The position numbers and the translations under genes were made by a program. From Candidatus Curtissbacteria bacterium (GTDB taxonomy: Bacteria; Patescibacteriota; Microgenomatia; Curtissbacterales; GWA2-41-24), in assembly GCA_016183325.1 (NCBI GenBank), contig JACPEV010000003.1:82000-145999 (forward strand): a stretch of DNA of 64,000 bases, read 5' to 3'. Below are positions 39,696-50,749 of the stretch, piece after piece; within the stretch, counting starts at the first letter, position 1, and each line of letters starts with the position of its first letter. Under the pieces are notes generated by a model. The model did no database searches, had not been told where the DNA came from, and saw nothing but the letters and a program-made list of their open reading frames with translations.

Positions 39696-41483
39696 TTATT
39701 TTATATCTTCTTTCAAAATAATATATCTCTCCAGCGCCAAAATATCCAGTCCGCTCTTACTAAAAGTGTTAAAAGCATCTTCTGGCGAATTAACAATCGG
39801 CTCTCCTTTCAAGTTAAAAGAAGTATTTAAAAGAACATAAACTCCCGTTTTATCTCCAAATTTCTTCACCAGATTGTAATATCGGGCATTCTGTGTCTCA
39901 GCTATTATCTGCAGTCTCCCCGACCCATCCACGTGAGTCACCGCCGGAATCACTTTGCGCATCCCGCGTCTAACTGGAAAAACTCCCAACATAAAATTAG
40001 TCAGATACTGGTGATCAAGCTCATCAAGCTCAAAGTAATCTTTGGCTCTTTGGGCCAAAACCACCGGAGCAAAAGGTCGATAAGGCTCTCTGAATTTAAT
40101 CTTCGTATTGACCACCTCTTTCATCTCTTCCCGGCGCGGATCAGCAAGTATCGACCTTGCTCCAAGTGCCCTCGGGCCCCACTCTGCCCGCGAGTGGAAA
40201 AAACCAATAACTTTTCCATCAGCTATCTCACCAGACAAATAATCGACCAACTTCCCTTCAGATACTATTTTTTGATATTTAATCTTTTTACTCTTTAAGA
40301 ATTTCTCGATCTCGTGCTCACTAAATTCCGCGCCAAAATAACAATTATCCTGAACAAATTGTCTTTTCTTTCTAAGAACCGCATGATAGACGTAAAGAGC
40401 TGCTCCCATCGCCCCGCCATCATCTCCTGCTGCTGGCTGTACAAAAATTCTCTTGAACGGTCCTTTTTGCGCCAATAGTCCATTCGCTACACTGTTTAAA
40501 CCGACTCCACCGGCAATACATAAATTTTCTTCGCCTGTTTTTAGGTGGGCATAGTTTGCCAAATCCAAAATAACCTCCTCGGTAAGTTTCTGGATTGAAG
40601 CGGCAATATCTGCATATTTTTGATTAAGAGCGCACAGATCTTCGTAATTCTTTGGCTTTTCCCCAAAATAAGACGGATATCCTGAAGATCTTGTAAAAAA
40701 ATGCAGATCTCGCGGTCTTGGCTCTCCAAAAAGTTCCACAAATTTCGAACCAAATGCCCTGTCCGACGACTTGTGATATGTAAAATATTCCATCCTCAGC
40801 GCATAAGAACCGTCACCATATCTCTTAACCAGCTTTCTTGCACGATCCAAGTATTTCGGAAGTCCATAGGGAGCCATACCCATCACTTTATATTCACCAT
40901 CATTGACTTCAAAACCTAAAAAGGCCGTAAACACTGAATACAAAAGCCCCAAGCTATGTGGAAACTTAATCTCCGATAATATTTCCAAATCTAAACCCTT
41001 GCCCAACCCAATTGTCGTTGTCGTCCACTCTCCCACACCGTCAAATGTCAAAACGCAAGCACTACCAAAACCGGATGCATAAAAAGCTGATGCTGCGTGC
41101 GAAACATGATGGGCAGCAAAGAGGATTTTGTCACGTTCGACGGCAAGTTTATCGGAAATTATAGAACGGACCCAGAGTTTGTCGGAAAGCCAAGTAACCA
41201 TTGATTTTGCAAAAAACCGATGTGCTTGCGGCCAACTTGCTAAAGAAGATATTAAAATTCTGGTAAATTTCCAAAAAGGTTTCTCATAAAAAACTACAAA
41301 ATCAAGATCAGTTGCAGTTATTCCTGCCCGAAGAAGACAAAAGTCAATCGCCATTTTGGGGAATTCGCTGTCATGTTTTTTGCGACTAAATCTTTCCTCG
41401 GCCGACGCCGCCACCACCCTGCCATCTTTTATTAAACATGCCGCCGATTCGTGGTAGAAACAAGAGATACCTAGAATATACAT
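39696..41483 (-). CDS. NodU/CmcH-family carbamoyltransferase
   Basis: MYILGIS…HESAA start, C-terminal LLNTSFNLKGEPIV. Confidence 0.85.
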   Translation of the reverse strand: MYILGISCFYHESAACLIKDGRVVAASAEERFSRKKHDSEFPKMAIDFCLLRAGITATDLDFVVFYEKPFWKFTRILISSLASWPQAHRFFAKSMVTWLSDKLWVRSIISDKLAVERDKILFAAHHVSHAASAFYASGFGSACVLTFDGVGEWTTTTIGLGKGLDLEILSEIKFPHSLGLLYSVFTAFLGFEVNDGEYKVMGMAPYGLPKYLDRARKLVKRYGDGSYALRMEYFTYHKSSDRAFGSKFVELFGEPRPRDLHFFTRSSGYPSYFGEKPKNYEDLCALNQKYADIAASIQKLTEEVILDLANYAHLKTGEENLCIAGGVGLNSVANGLLAQKGPFKRIFVQPAAGDDGGAMGAALYVYHAVLRKKRQFVQDNCYFGAEFSEHEIEKFLKSKKIKYQKIVSEGKLVDYLSGEIADGKVIGFFHSRAEWGPRALGARSILADPRREEMKEVVNTKIKFREPYRPFAPVVLAQRAKDYFELDELDHQYLTNFMLGVFPVRRGMRKVIPAVTHVDGSGRLQIIAETQNARYYNLVKKFGDKTGVYVLLNTSFNLKGEPIVNSPEDAFNTFSKSGLDILALERYIILKEDIK

Positions 41484-41489
41484 CAGGAA

Positions 41490-41524
41490 AATTGAAAATT
41501 GAAAATTGAAAATTGAAAATTCAT
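41490..41524. repeat. (GAAAATT)x5 tandem repeat
   Basis: Read directly. Confidence 0.9.
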
Positions 41525-41754
41525 TAATATTGTTTCCTCGCTCCCTCCAATGTTTCTTTCGGATGTTCCCATTTCTGGAAGTTGGTTCTTCTAATCTTTT
41601 TCATCCTCAAGGGATCTACAAAAAATCTTAAGACGAGTCCTAGCGGCAAAAATAAAATAAAATAAAATATAGATAAGATTACCTGAGCCTGAAAATTACC
41701 AATAGCATGCGCAATCACCAGCCATTTGCGCCACAGCTGCTTTAAAAAAACCAT
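41524..41754 (-). CDS. small membrane protein, SxtJ-like
   Basis: Resembles small membrane proteins found next to carbamoyltransferases (WRKWLVIAHAIGNFQAQVIL…). Confidence 0.4.
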   Translation of the reverse strand: MVFLKQLWRKWLVIAHAIGNFQAQVILSIFYFILFLPLGLVLRFFVDPLRMKKIRRTNFQKWEHPKETLEGARKQY

Positions 41755-41777
41755 GGGGACATTAAACCATGAGTCAG

Positions 41778-42068
41778 TTACTTGAGGGAAGCTCGCAGTT
41801 TTAGTGATCCAGAGAATAAAAGCAGAAATCCCAAAATATACAAAAGTCCCGAAAGGGTCGTACTAAAATTGCCTAACTGGGCGGTAAGTTTAACCAGAAT
41901 TGCCGATTGTGGCAACACCAAAGAAAACATCAAGCAAACAGTCCCTAGCGCGGTTAAAACCTGACTCCAAGCAAGTCTTCCACCCCTCAAAACATAAGCA
42001 TTGTAAGTTGCCGAAATCGAAACCAAAAGGGCAATTAATGCTGCAACGTTGGAAATCGTTAGTTCCAT
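41778..42068 (-). CDS. small membrane hypothetical protein
   Basis: ORF plus three TM helices. Confidence 0.4.
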   Translation of the reverse strand: MELTISNVAALIALLVSISATYNAYVLRGGRLAWSQVLTALGTVCLMFSLVLPQSAILVKLTAQLGNFSTTLSGLLYILGFLLLFSGSLKLRASLK

Positions 42069-42144
42069 AATAAATAAGCCCTTTTATTTTAGTGTGTCAC
42101 CAAAATCCGACTTTTGCAAGTTCTCGACCGTCTAGAAAATTAGT

Positions 42145-43308
42145 TCACGCAGTTCCTAAATAATCACGAAGTTTTTTGGCCCGAGTTGGGTGGCGCAGTT
42201 TTCTAATTGCCTTAGCCTCAATCTGTCTTATTCTCTCCCGAGTTACTCCAAATTCGCGACCTACTTCCTCAAGTGTCCTCTGTTTTCCATCCTCGAGCCC
42301 GAATCGATATTCCAAAACCTTAGCTTCCCTCGGTGAAAGTGTTGACAGAACTTCACGAATATGATCCTTCAAAAGTGCCTGTGTCGCCTGGTCAGTTGGG
42401 CTAGCTGAAACATCCTGAATAAAATCTCCCAGCCTGCTGTCCTCTTCCTCTCCAACAGGTGCTTCGAGTGATGCCGGCTCCTGTGATACTTTAATTATCT
42501 CCCTAACTTTGTCTTCTCCAACCCCCATCTCCATCGCCACTTCCTCGGGTATCGGCTCACGGCCCAACTCCTGCATCAGTTTCCTAGATATACGGTTAAA
42601 CTTGTTAATCGTCTCGACCATGTGTACGGGAATCCTAATCGTCCGTGCCTGATCGGCAATCGCCCGAGTTATCGCCTGCCTTATCCACCAAGTGGCATAA
42701 GTGGAGAATTTATAGCCTCGGCGCCAATCGTATTTAACAACTGCGCGCATGAGACCGATATTCCCTTCCTCGATTAAGTCTAAAAGGGTTAAGCCTCGAT
42801 TAACATATTTTTTAGCAATGGAAACTACCAAACGAAGATTAGCATTAATAAGTCTTTCTCTGGCCTTCTTATCACTCTTTTCCACTCTCTTGGCCAAAGC
42901 CACTTCCTCCTCATATGTCAAAAGTGACACTCTTCCGATCTCTCTCAAATACATCCTTACCGGATCAGAAAGATATCCTTCTTCCAAAGTGGCTAAATCT
43001 TCTAGTTCTTTCTCAAGTTCTGTTATAGATTTTGAGGCTTCGGCAACGTCAATTTCAGTCGTGTCAAAAACGTCTATACCTTCATCGAGAAATTTGTGAT
43101 AAAGTTCATCGACTTCAGAAATTGCAATCTCAGGCTTGGGGAAAATTGCCAGTATATCTTCCTGCGTTACAAATCCTTGTTCGCGTCCTCGCTTGAGTAG
43201 CTTCCTAATTTCAGCCTTAACATCAATATTTTTCTCATCTTTCTGAACTGGAGTTGACGAACCTTTTTTAAGACTTACTTTAGTGGCTCTTGGTCGCTTT
43301 TTATTCAT
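42145..43308 (-). CDS. rpoD: RNA polymerase sigma-70 (RpoD)
   Basis: Regions 2-4 ([37 protein letters not shown]). Confidence 0.9.
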   Translation of the reverse strand: MNKKRPRATKVSLKKGSSTPVQKDEKNIDVKAEIRKLLKRGREQGFVTQEDILAIFPKPEIAISEVDELYHKFLDEGIDVFDTTEIDVAEASKSITELEKELEDLATLEEGYLSDPVRMYLREIGRVSLLTYEEEVALAKRVEKSDKKARERLINANLRLVVSIAKKYVNRGLTLLDLIEEGNIGLMRAVVKYDWRRGYKFSTYATWWIRQAITRAIADQARTIRIPVHMVETINKFNRISRKLMQELGREPIPEEVAMEMGVGEDKVREIIKVSQEPASLEAPVGEEEDSRLGDFIQDVSASPTDQATQALLKDHIREVLSTLSPREAKVLEYRFGLEDGKQRTLEEVGREFGVTRERIRQIEAKAIRKLRHPTRAKKLRDYLGTA

Positions 43309-45188
43309 TAAATTAATTCTTTAAGATTTTTTGATATAACATCAAATTGCTTTGACAAAACCGACAATTGAGCCTCATCTTTTTTGCTCTGCGCTAATTT
43401 AATTTTCTTTGAAATTGCAGAAAGTCTTCTCTTACAAGACTCTTGCTTGATCCTTCTTGCTGTTTTTACCAGTTCTTGGGCACAAAGCTCTTTATCGGCA
43501 AAAGCGGGACTTATATTGACCAAATAAAGATTATCCACAAATCCGCTCAAGTTCTTTGGCAGTCCGATAAGTAACCTTTTTAAGCTTTTAGATTTAAGCT
43601 TAGAGTCTTTAATTATATCACGAACCCATTTCCAGAAATCGGCGGCTTCTTCACTGCCAAAGTCAGAAGGCTCAACTAATTTCAAAAAACTAAAGGTAGC
43701 TTCGTCCTGAAAAACAAAAAGGGCTAAAAAATATTCCTCTAGATTTAAAATATTTGTCTTATTTGAACTATCACTTTTTGACTCGGGACTTAGCATAGAA
43801 TAAAGATTACTTTGTTTTTTCTCCACAGCCGCTGCCACTAGAGATGTCTCAAGATCAAGTACCTTCGCTAGCTGGGAAATATAATGGGCTTTCACTAAAT
43901 CATCGGATATCTTTGAAATTATGGGCAGGATTTCCTGCCCAATTTTCTTTTTCCCTAAAGAAGTTCGCCCGTCATATCTTGCACTTGCCGACTCAATAAA
44001 ATAATCATACACATTAGCAGAGCTTCCAACTGCCTCCTTGAAACCGGCTGGGTCACTTTGAGCAAACTCATCTGGGTCCTTGTAGTTCCCAAGCCTTACC
44101 ACCTTTATACCCACCCCACTAATATCCAAAAGTTCGATACCGCGTCTTGCCGCCGCATCACCAGCCAAATCAGTGTCAAAACAAACAACCACACTCTCCG
44201 CAACCCTTGAAAGAATCACCGCTTGTTTTTGGGTCAAAGCTGTCCCTTTTGAAGCCACCACGTTTTCTAAACCAGCCTTGTAAGCGGAAAGAACGTCAAA
44301 TTCACCTTCAACTAAAATTGCCTCATTCTTATCCCTAATCGCTTTTCTGGTTACGTCCAAACCGAAAAGCAGGGAACCCTTATTAAAAATCGGCGTTTCA
44401 GGAGAATTGATATACTTTGGTTCCCGGACTTGTCCTGAGTCCTGAGCGGAGTCGAAGGGCCGAAGGGTTCTTCCTGAAAATCCTAAAACTGAGCCTCGAC
44501 TGTCCTTGAGAGGAAAAATCAACCTTTCCCTAAATCTATCGTAAAAACCACCACCTGGCCAGGTACGTGCCCCTGATGTCGATCGGGCAATAACCAGTCC
44601 CGCTGTTGCAAGGTCAGCTAAGTTAAACCCTCTTTTGGCGAAAAAATTTAATGTGTTGTCCCAGCCGGAAGGCGCATATCCAAGACCGAATTTCTCCCAC
44701 AAAGTCTGGGGTATTCCTCTTTTTGCAAGATACTTACGAGCCACTTCTCCAGCCGGATGTTTATTTAAGAGATGACTATAAAACTTTTCTGCCAAACTAT
44801 TGACAGCAAACAGTTTATCGCGGTCGCGATCACGATCTGTCGGTCGAAAAGCGGCCAGTTTCACTCCTGCTTTTTTTGCCAGTTCTTGTAAAGTCTCTCT
44901 GAATTCCCAACCCTCAATTTTTTCCAAAAATGTAAAAACGTCCCCATTCTCTCCGCATCCAAAACATTTCCAAACCTGCCTGTCTGGCGAAACCATAAAA
45001 GATGGCGTTTTTTCAGTGTGGAACGGACAAAGCCCAGCGTAATTTCTCCCGGCTTTCTTAAGAGGAAGATACGCAGAAATAACCTCCACTAAATCAACCT
45101 TGCTCTTGACCTCATCAACTTGCCTGCCCGCTGACCTGTCCGCCATAGCTTTAGCGACGGAGGAAACTTTAGTGAAAGAGGGGTCCAT
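43308..45188 (-). CDS. dnaG: DNA primase DnaG
   Basis: Zn-ribbon [23 protein letters not shown]; sits upstream of rpoD. Confidence 0.9.
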   Translation of the reverse strand: MDPSFTKVSSVAKAMADRSAGRQVDEVKSKVDLVEVISAYLPLKKAGRNYAGLCPFHTEKTPSFMVSPDRQVWKCFGCGENGDVFTFLEKIEGWEFRETLQELAKKAGVKLAAFRPTDRDRDRDKLFAVNSLAEKFYSHLLNKHPAGEVARKYLAKRGIPQTLWEKFGLGYAPSGWDNTLNFFAKRGFNLADLATAGLVIARSTSGARTWPGGGFYDRFRERLIFPLKDSRGSVLGFSGRTLRPFDSAQDSGQVREPKYINSPETPIFNKGSLLFGLDVTRKAIRDKNEAILVEGEFDVLSAYKAGLENVVASKGTALTQKQAVILSRVAESVVVCFDTDLAGDAAARRGIELLDISGVGIKVVRLGNYKDPDEFAQSDPAGFKEAVGSSANVYDYFIESASARYDGRTSLGKKKIGQEILPIISKISDDLVKAHYISQLAKVLDLETSLVAAAVEKKQSNLYSMLSPESKSDSSNKTNILNLEEYFLALFVFQDEATFSFLKLVEPSDFGSEEAADFWKWVRDIIKDSKLKSKSLKRLLIGLPKNLSGFVDNLYLVNISPAFADKELCAQELVKTARRIKQESCKRRLSAISKKIKLAQSKKDEAQLSVLSKQFDVISKNLKELI

Positions 45189-45220
45189 CGCCTATATTCT
45201 AACCCCAATGTAAACCATTG

Positions 45221-45292
45221 CGCCCTTGGCGGGACTCGAACCCACACAACAGGATCCGGAATCCTGTGGTCTTTCCATTAGCCTACAAGGGC
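45221..45292 (-). tRNA. tRNA-Arg (anticodon CCG)
   Basis: Manual cloverleaf: acceptor GCCCTTG/CAAGGGC, anticodon loop TTCCGGA, T-loop TTCGAGT; 72 nt, no encoded CCA. Confidence 0.7.
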
Positions 45293-45301
45293 ATTTTAGG
45301 G

Positions 45302-45388
45302 CGGAGAGGGAGGGATTCGAACCCTCGATAACCTTGCGGCTATACCCGCTTTCCAAGCGAGCGCACTAGGCCACTATGCGACCTCTCC
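45302..45388 (-). tRNA. tRNA-Ser (anticodon GGA), type II
   Basis: Acceptor GGAGAGG/CCTCTCC, anticodon loop TTGGAAA, long variable arm, T-loop TTCGAAT. Confidence 0.65.
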
Positions 45389-45523
45389 AATGGCACATAA
45401 TTATATCTCACACAACATTTGATGATGGACGATTGAAGCTAGATACTAGATTTAAGAAACTAGAGGATAGAAGTTGGAAAATCCATCCTCAAACTTCTAA
45501 CTTCAAGGTCCATCTTCTAGTTT

Positions 45524-46057
45524 CTATTGTCTATCCTCAAATAACAGTTCTATCTTTGCCCTCGCTTTTCTCCACATCTCCTTCGTATCCTTGAAAGTCA
45601 GTCTGTCCTCAACTTCATCAATCGGCAGCCATGCATGATCGGAAACCTCAAACGCCGTCGTCGCATCTCCATCGCTTTTGTATCTCATTAAATAAAAAAC
45701 TACGGTCTTCAAAACCTTTTGTTTACCCGACGAAGCCCTGAGCGACTTGCCCTGAGTTCTATCGAAGGAAGTCGAAGGGGCGAAGTCAGGGCCCTCTTCC
45801 CAATAAAAATACTTCGTTTCTCCAGCCCTCTCAATTATCTCTCCTTTGACTCCTGTCTCCTCCTCAACCTCGCGCAAAGCCGTCTGTTCCTCACTCTCGT
45901 AAATCTCCCGATGCCCCTTTGGGAAATCCCAACCCTTATGCTTCGAATGCTGCGTCACCAAAACCTCAATCCCTCTTGTACCTTCCGTACCTTTTGTACT
46001 TCTCGTACTTTTTCTTATAACGATGCCCCCAGCACTGAAGATCCTTTTAATCGCCAC
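45524..46057 (-). CDS. NUDIX hydrolase with an in-frame repeat insertion
   Basis: Nudix box REVEEETG; insertion at 45731-45794. Confidence 0.8.
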   Translation of the reverse strand: MAIKRIFSAGGIVIRKSTRSTKGTEGTRGIEVLVTQHSKHKGWDFPKGHREIYESEEQTALREVEEETGVKGEIIERAGETKYFYWEEGPDFAPSTSFDRTQGKSLRASSGKQKVLKTVVFYLMRYKSDGDATTAFEVSDHAWLPIDEVEDRLTFKDTKEMWRKARAKIELLFEDRQ

Positions 46058-46120
46058 AGCGAAATTTTACATCAGGCAATTGATTTTCTCAATAAGTAAT
46101 ACTATAATTTAGGTAATACT

Positions 46121-46411
46121 ATGCAAATACAACCAACTACCATCACTCAAAAAGGCCAAGTAACTATTCCAGCACCAGTCAGAAAGGCGTTGGGATTAAA
46201 AAGCGGTGATCAAGTAAAATTCATTCTCACTAAAAAGAAGGAGGCTAAAATCAAACCGGCCAAACGCTTTTCAATCATGTCTCTCTATGGTTCCTTAAAG
46301 GTTAAGGTGAAATACAAAGCGACTGATGACATTTACAAAATAATCAAACAAGAAGAACAAGCTTGGCCAGAAGCTGCCGTAGAGAGGGACCAAAAAAGCA
46401 AAATTCGATGA
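46121..46411 (+). CDS. AbrB/MazE-family antitoxin
   Basis: TQKGQVTIPAPVRKALGL. Confidence 0.7.
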   Translation: MQIQPTTITQKGQVTIPAPVRKALGLKSGDQVKFILTKKKEAKIKPAKRFSIMSLYGSLKVKVKYKATDDIYKIIKQEEQAWPEAAVERDQKSKIR

Positions 46412-46812
46412 TTTTTCTGGACACGAATATTATCCTTCGCTTTGTCCTTCAAGATCACCCCATTTACTCTAAAAAAGCGGCCAACATTTTTGCACAAATC
46501 GATCGGGGAAAAATCAGAATTTATCTTTCTTGGTTAGTAATTTTTGAAGCTGTGTTTGTACTACAAAATTCCCATAAACTTTCCAAGACAGAAATAACCG
46601 AAAAATTATTCCCAATGCTTCTTCTCAAAAATATCCTTTTCGAGAATAAAGATTTATTAAAAACCACTTTCGAATATTATGTTGATCGCAACATCAGCTT
46701 TGCCGATGCATATCACGCAGCTTTAATGGCCAAAAAAAAGATAAAGGAAATCTACTCTTTCGACCGCGATTTCGATAAATTTCCTCAAATCAGACGTTTA
46801 GAGAACCCCTAA
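46408..46812 (+). CDS. vapC: PIN-domain toxin VapC
   Basis: MIFLDTNIILRF…; start taken at the internal Met overlapping the antitoxin stop. Confidence 0.75.
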   Translation: MIFLDTNIILRFVLQDHPIYSKKAANIFAQIDRGKIRIYLSWLVIFEAVFVLQNSHKLSKTEITEKLFPMLLLKNILFENKDLLKTTFEYYVDRNISFADAYHAALMAKKKIKEIYSFDRDFDKFPQIRRLENP

Positions 46813-46902
46813 ATTTAGGTATTCGACAGTGCCTAGTTGCCTGCCCGCCTCTGGAGGGACTATGTTGGAACTTATTTTAAGCACCAATTACTTACAACAG
46901 TC

Positions 46903-47694
46903 TCAAGTATAAACCTCTTGCCTAACATCTCTGTATAAGTCAATACCAAATATTCTTAAAAACCAATACTTTAATATCTCATACCAAAAGCGAAGGTTAT
47001 GTGGCTTAAACCACTTATACAATTCATAGCCAAACTTCAACTTGTGCTCGTGAAGAACTACTGCTTTGGGATTATAAACAATGTCGTAACCAGCGGTGTG
47101 CAAGAACCAAGCATACTCTGCATCCTCGCCTTCTGAGAGTTTTTCATTAAAAGGTCTTTTTACCCAAATAGATTTTCTGATAGCACAGCATCCGCCTGCA
47201 AAATTGAATATTTCGGTTCTTGCTTTTCCTATTTCAACTATGCCTGTAAACATTTTTCGTTTAGTTGAATATCTGACCAATTCTTTCGGAAACCTAGAAG
47301 CAGGCCAGTATGAAGGGTAACCGTAACCTTTCTTACCAGAAATCGTGTATTTGCCGTAAGCCCCCCCGACTTTATTATCCTTAAAAGACCCAATCAACTC
47401 TCGTATAAAATCACTTCTAAGAGGAATACAGTCGCCAGAAAGTCTTATTAAATATTCACCTTTTGCTTGTGAAGCACCTTTATTAAAAGCAAAAGCATAG
47501 TTAAACTTTTCTAGTCTAATTTGAACTAATTTAACAGGTAAGGATTTTATATATTCAACCGCACCATCAGTTGAGCCAGAATCTACAACAATAATCTCGT
47601 AACTTCCTTTTAACTTTTGATTAAGAATAATTGGTAAAGACTTTTTGAATAAATCTTTTTGGTTTTTAGTAATAACCACAACCGATGCAATCAT
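46903..47694 (-). CDS. GT2-family glycosyltransferase
   Basis: SVVVITKN…IIVVDSGSTDG. Confidence 0.8.
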   Translation of the reverse strand: MIASVVVITKNQKDLFKKSLPIILNQKLKGSYEIIVVDSGSTDGAVEYIKSLPVKLVQIRLEKFNYAFAFNKGASQAKGEYLIRLSGDCIPLRSDFIRELIGSFKDNKVGGAYGKYTISGKKGYGYPSYWPASRFPKELVRYSTKRKMFTGIVEIGKARTEIFNFAGGCCAIRKSIWVKRPFNEKLSEGEDAEYAWFLHTAGYDIVYNPKAVVLHEHKLKFGYELYKWFKPHNLRFWYEILKYWFLRIFGIDLYRDVRQEVYT

Positions 47695-47836
47695 TTCAAC
47701 AGAAGTATATCAGCAAATTTTATGCTTAATAAAATTGAGTAGAAGTTCTAACAGTCTCGTGCTTGCGGAGGCGAGAGGATGTTTGCTTCGCAAAGCATAG
47801 TGCATTTCATTTGCACTATGTGCGAACCTCTAACCT

Positions 47837-47913
47837 GCGGAAAGTAGTAGACGATGTTAGAACTTTTTACAAAGAGTCTTTAGCTTCTCCAGACTACATT
47901 ATACCCAGTTTTG
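47837..47913 (-). promoter_or_regulatory. repeated promoter/leader element copy A (TATAAT box plus conserved GTAAAAAGTTCTAAC leader), minus-strand oriented
   Basis: ~77-bp element shared with 48481-48560 and 52563-52640. Confidence 0.55.
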
Positions 47914-48469
47914 TTAAATCGTTTTTCAGTTGATCGGTATTAATAAACAGAACAGACTCAGTGCCAAGATTTTTTGCTACGCTAATGTTTTGAGGATTGT
48001 CATCGATAAAAAGAGCCTCCTCTTCTTTGCTTTGGAGTTTGTCAAGGATTATCCTAAATATTTTAGGGTCTGGTTTGCTTACCTTATGATCACTTGAGAC
48101 AACTATCTCATCAAATAAGTCTGTTAGATTGTTCTGTTTAAGGATTGAACGAAAAAAGTTACTCGGACTATTTGTACAAACTCCTATTTTATAATTTGGC
48201 TTAAGTTTTTTTATCAGTTCAACAGCCGAATCATTAATTTTAATAAAACTCTTAAACTCTTTTTCAACTTTTTCTGGCTGACTATTAACTAAGGAAGCGA
48301 GTTTACCGAAGAGCTCCAGCTCTAACACCTCCCCTCGATCAACAGGTTTAAAGTAAGCTTCTTTAAGCTGTTTAGCTTTCTCCTCTGAAAAATATCTACC
48401 GAACCAAAAAGGAGCAATTTCAGAGCATATTACTCCATAGAAGTCAAAGATAATAGCTTTAATTTCCAT
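47894..48469 (-). CDS. HAD-superfamily hydrolase
   Basis: IIFDFYGV (motif I variant), FIDDNPQN (motif IV); start at the internal Met. Confidence 0.6.
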   Translation of the reverse strand: MEIKAIIFDFYGVICSEIAPFWFGRYFSEEKAKQLKEAYFKPVDRGEVLELELFGKLASLVNSQPEKVEKEFKSFIKINDSAVELIKKLKPNYKIGVCTNSPSNFFRSILKQNNLTDLFDEIVVSSDHKVSKPDPKIFRIILDKLQSKEEEALFIDDNPQNISVAKNLGTESVLFINTDQLKNDLTKLGIM

Positions 48470-48480
48470 TGTAAAAATGA

Positions 48481-48560
48481 GCGGAAAGCCGTGGACGATG
48501 TTAGAACTTTTTACATGCAATCTCTAGCTTCCCAGCAATATATTATACCAACTTTTCCAG
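48481..48560 (-). promoter_or_regulatory. repeated promoter/leader element copy B (TGGTATAAT extended -10 plus conserved leader)
   Basis: See 47837-47913. Confidence 0.55.
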
Positions 48561-48617
48561 CCTTTACTTCTGCCTAAAAGGTAATTATTTTATGCTACAC
48601 TAAATATAATTCTTAGT

Positions 48618-50237
48618 ATGGTAAAACAACGAAAATCTTCATCAAATAAAATAGCCTTTATTATTATTCCTATAATTTCTCTTTTCCTTGCATTTTCAGT
48701 AATGAGAAAGGCGGTTTATTATTCTTCTGAACCTACCGAAGATAAAAATTGTCACCTGTTGTACCCATTTTCCTTTACTGATCCTTCAAAGGCCACAACT
48801 ATTGTTATGCAAAATCCACCAGCAACAATTCCGTTTTTGCAAAAAGGTGGAATTATCGATGATATTAGTTGTCTAAACAAAACTTCTGTTTATGGAATTG
48901 TGAAAGTAAATGGAGTTGAAGATATTCAGAACACTATATTATTTGCAAAAGAAAATAATATAAAAACTTCAATCGCTGGTATTAGACATAGTATGGGAGG
49001 ACAGTCTTTTTTTAGAAATGCCGCTGTGCTTGATATGACTGGCTTTAATCAAATGTCCATTGATGAAGAAAATAAAATCTTAACCGTTCAAAGCGGTGCT
49101 ACCTGGCATGATATTCAAAAGTTCTTACATCCAAAGGGACTAGCAGTAAAAGCTATGCAATCAAGTGATATCTTCACAGTTGGAGGTTCAATATCAGTAA
49201 ATGCTCATGGAATGGATCATCACGTTGGTTCTTTGGGAACAACTATTAAATCCATGCGAATAATGTTGAGCGATGGCACAATTAAGACTGTAAGTAAAAC
49301 ACAAAGTCCAGAACTTTATAGATTAGTTATTGGTGGTTATGGATTATTCGGGGTAATTTTAGATGCTGATATTGAGGTTACTAACAATGAAATGTATGAG
49401 CGTGAGACATATGTGATTGATTACAAAGAGTTCCCAAGAGTTTTTGAAGAAATAATGGCAAGTGGCGACAAATCTGGACTAATGTATGGACATTTATCAA
49501 CTGGGCCAAACGCTTTCTTAAAAGAAGTAATTATCTACAATTTTAGAAGAACGGATAATTTTAATGGCCAAATACCTCCCCTCCAGGAAAAATCTAATGT
49601 GGGGCTTAAGAGATTATTTTTGAACCTTGGAAAAACAGGTACTATTGGCAGGCAAATTCGCTATTGGGCAGAGAAATATCTACAGCCTCGTTTTGAATCT
49701 TGTGCCGTCTCCCGCAATGATGCAATGGGAGAACCCGAAGCATGTTTTATATCGAGAAATCAAGAGATGTATGAATCTGGTAAATTCCTGAGAAATAATC
49801 TCAAAAATGATACCGACATTCTCCAAGAATACTTCATCCCAAGAGATAAGTTTATTGAGTTTGTTGATGGCATGAGAGAAATTCTCCAAAAGAATAAAGC
49901 AGTTGTTCTTAATTCTGGAATAAGAGTTGTGAATAAAGAAGATAATTTTTTAAATTATGCTCCAGAAGATGCCTTCGCTATGGTACTTTACCTAAATCAA
50001 AAGATGACATCTGAGGAAAATGAGAGGATGGAAAAATTAACTCGAAAGATGGTTGATTTAACAATCAGTCTAGGAGGTAAACCCTATTTACCTTATCAAC
50101 TATATTTTACCGATGAGCAGCTACAAAAAGCATACCCAAATATAAATCAGTTTTTTGCTCTTAAAACGCAGTATGACCCTAATCTTTTATTTATGAGTAG
50201 TCTTTATGAGAAATACTCCAAGGTTCGAACTTTTTAA
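48618..50237 (+). CDS. FAD-binding PCMH-type oxidase, DprE1/alditol-oxidase-like, with an N-terminal TM anchor
   Basis: TVGGSISVNAHGMDHH…GGYGLFGVI follows the DprE1-type FAD-binding pattern. Confidence 0.7.
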   Translation: MVKQRKSSSNKIAFIIIPIISLFLAFSVMRKAVYYSSEPTEDKNCHLLYPFSFTDPSKATTIVMQNPPATIPFLQKGGIIDDISCLNKTSVYGIVKVNGVEDIQNTILFAKENNIKTSIAGIRHSMGGQSFFRNAAVLDMTGFNQMSIDEENKILTVQSGATWHDIQKFLHPKGLAVKAMQSSDIFTVGGSISVNAHGMDHHVGSLGTTIKSMRIMLSDGTIKTVSKTQSPELYRLVIGGYGLFGVILDADIEVTNNEMYERETYVIDYKEFPRVFEEIMASGDKSGLMYGHLSTGPNAFLKEVIIYNFRRTDNFNGQIPPLQEKSNVGLKRLFLNLGKTGTIGRQIRYWAEKYLQPRFESCAVSRNDAMGEPEACFISRNQEMYESGKFLRNNLKNDTDILQEYFIPRDKFIEFVDGMREILQKNKAVVLNSGIRVVNKEDNFLNYAPEDAFAMVLYLNQKMTSEENERMEKLTRKMVDLTISLGGKPYLPYQLYFTDEQLQKAYPNINQFFALKTQYDPNLLFMSSLYEKYSKVRTF

Positions 50238-50393
50238 TTAAAGAAAAAATTCATACTTTCAGCTTCAGAAACTCTGCAAAGTTAGAGGAAAGACTAAAAC
50301 TGAATCTGACAGAATTTATCCGAGTTAGAACTAGATGAAAATGCTGTCTTAACGCCCCGATTGGATCATGCTTTTGACCAAAATCTCACTCTG

Positions 50394-50480
50394 CGGAGGC
50401 GGCAGGATTCGAACCTGCGACCGAGTTTCCCCGGTAGTCGTTTTCGAAACGACCGCACTAGTCCACTATGCGACGCCTCC
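50394..50480 (-). tRNA. tRNA-Ser (anticodon CGA), type II
   Basis: Acceptor GGAGGCG/CGCCTCC, anticodon loop TTCGAAA, T-loop TTCGAAT. Confidence 0.65.
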
Positions 50481-50507
50481 CAAGTTTACCCTGAGTTTAT
50501 CGAAGGG

Positions 50508-50580
50508 TGCGCCCGACAGGACTCGAACCTGTAACCGTTAGCTCCGCAAGCTAATGTTCTATCCAGTTGAACTACGGGCG
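50508..50580 (-). tRNA. tRNA-Arg (anticodon GCG as read)
   Basis: Acceptor GCGCCCG/CGGGCGC, anticodon stem TTAGC/GCTAA, loop TTGCGGA, T-loop TTCGAGT. Confidence 0.55.
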
Positions 50581-50749
50581 CAAATCGCGGCGCTGTAATT
50601 ATAGCTCAGTTGATAAATCTCCTCCATCCCCGCGCACTCGGAGGAATTTTTAAATAACAATATTAACAAAATATGCAACGATCATTGAATAAAATGTAAT
50701 TTTGGTCTACTTGGAAATTAGAAATTTGGAATTGAAAACTCCTCGAGTT

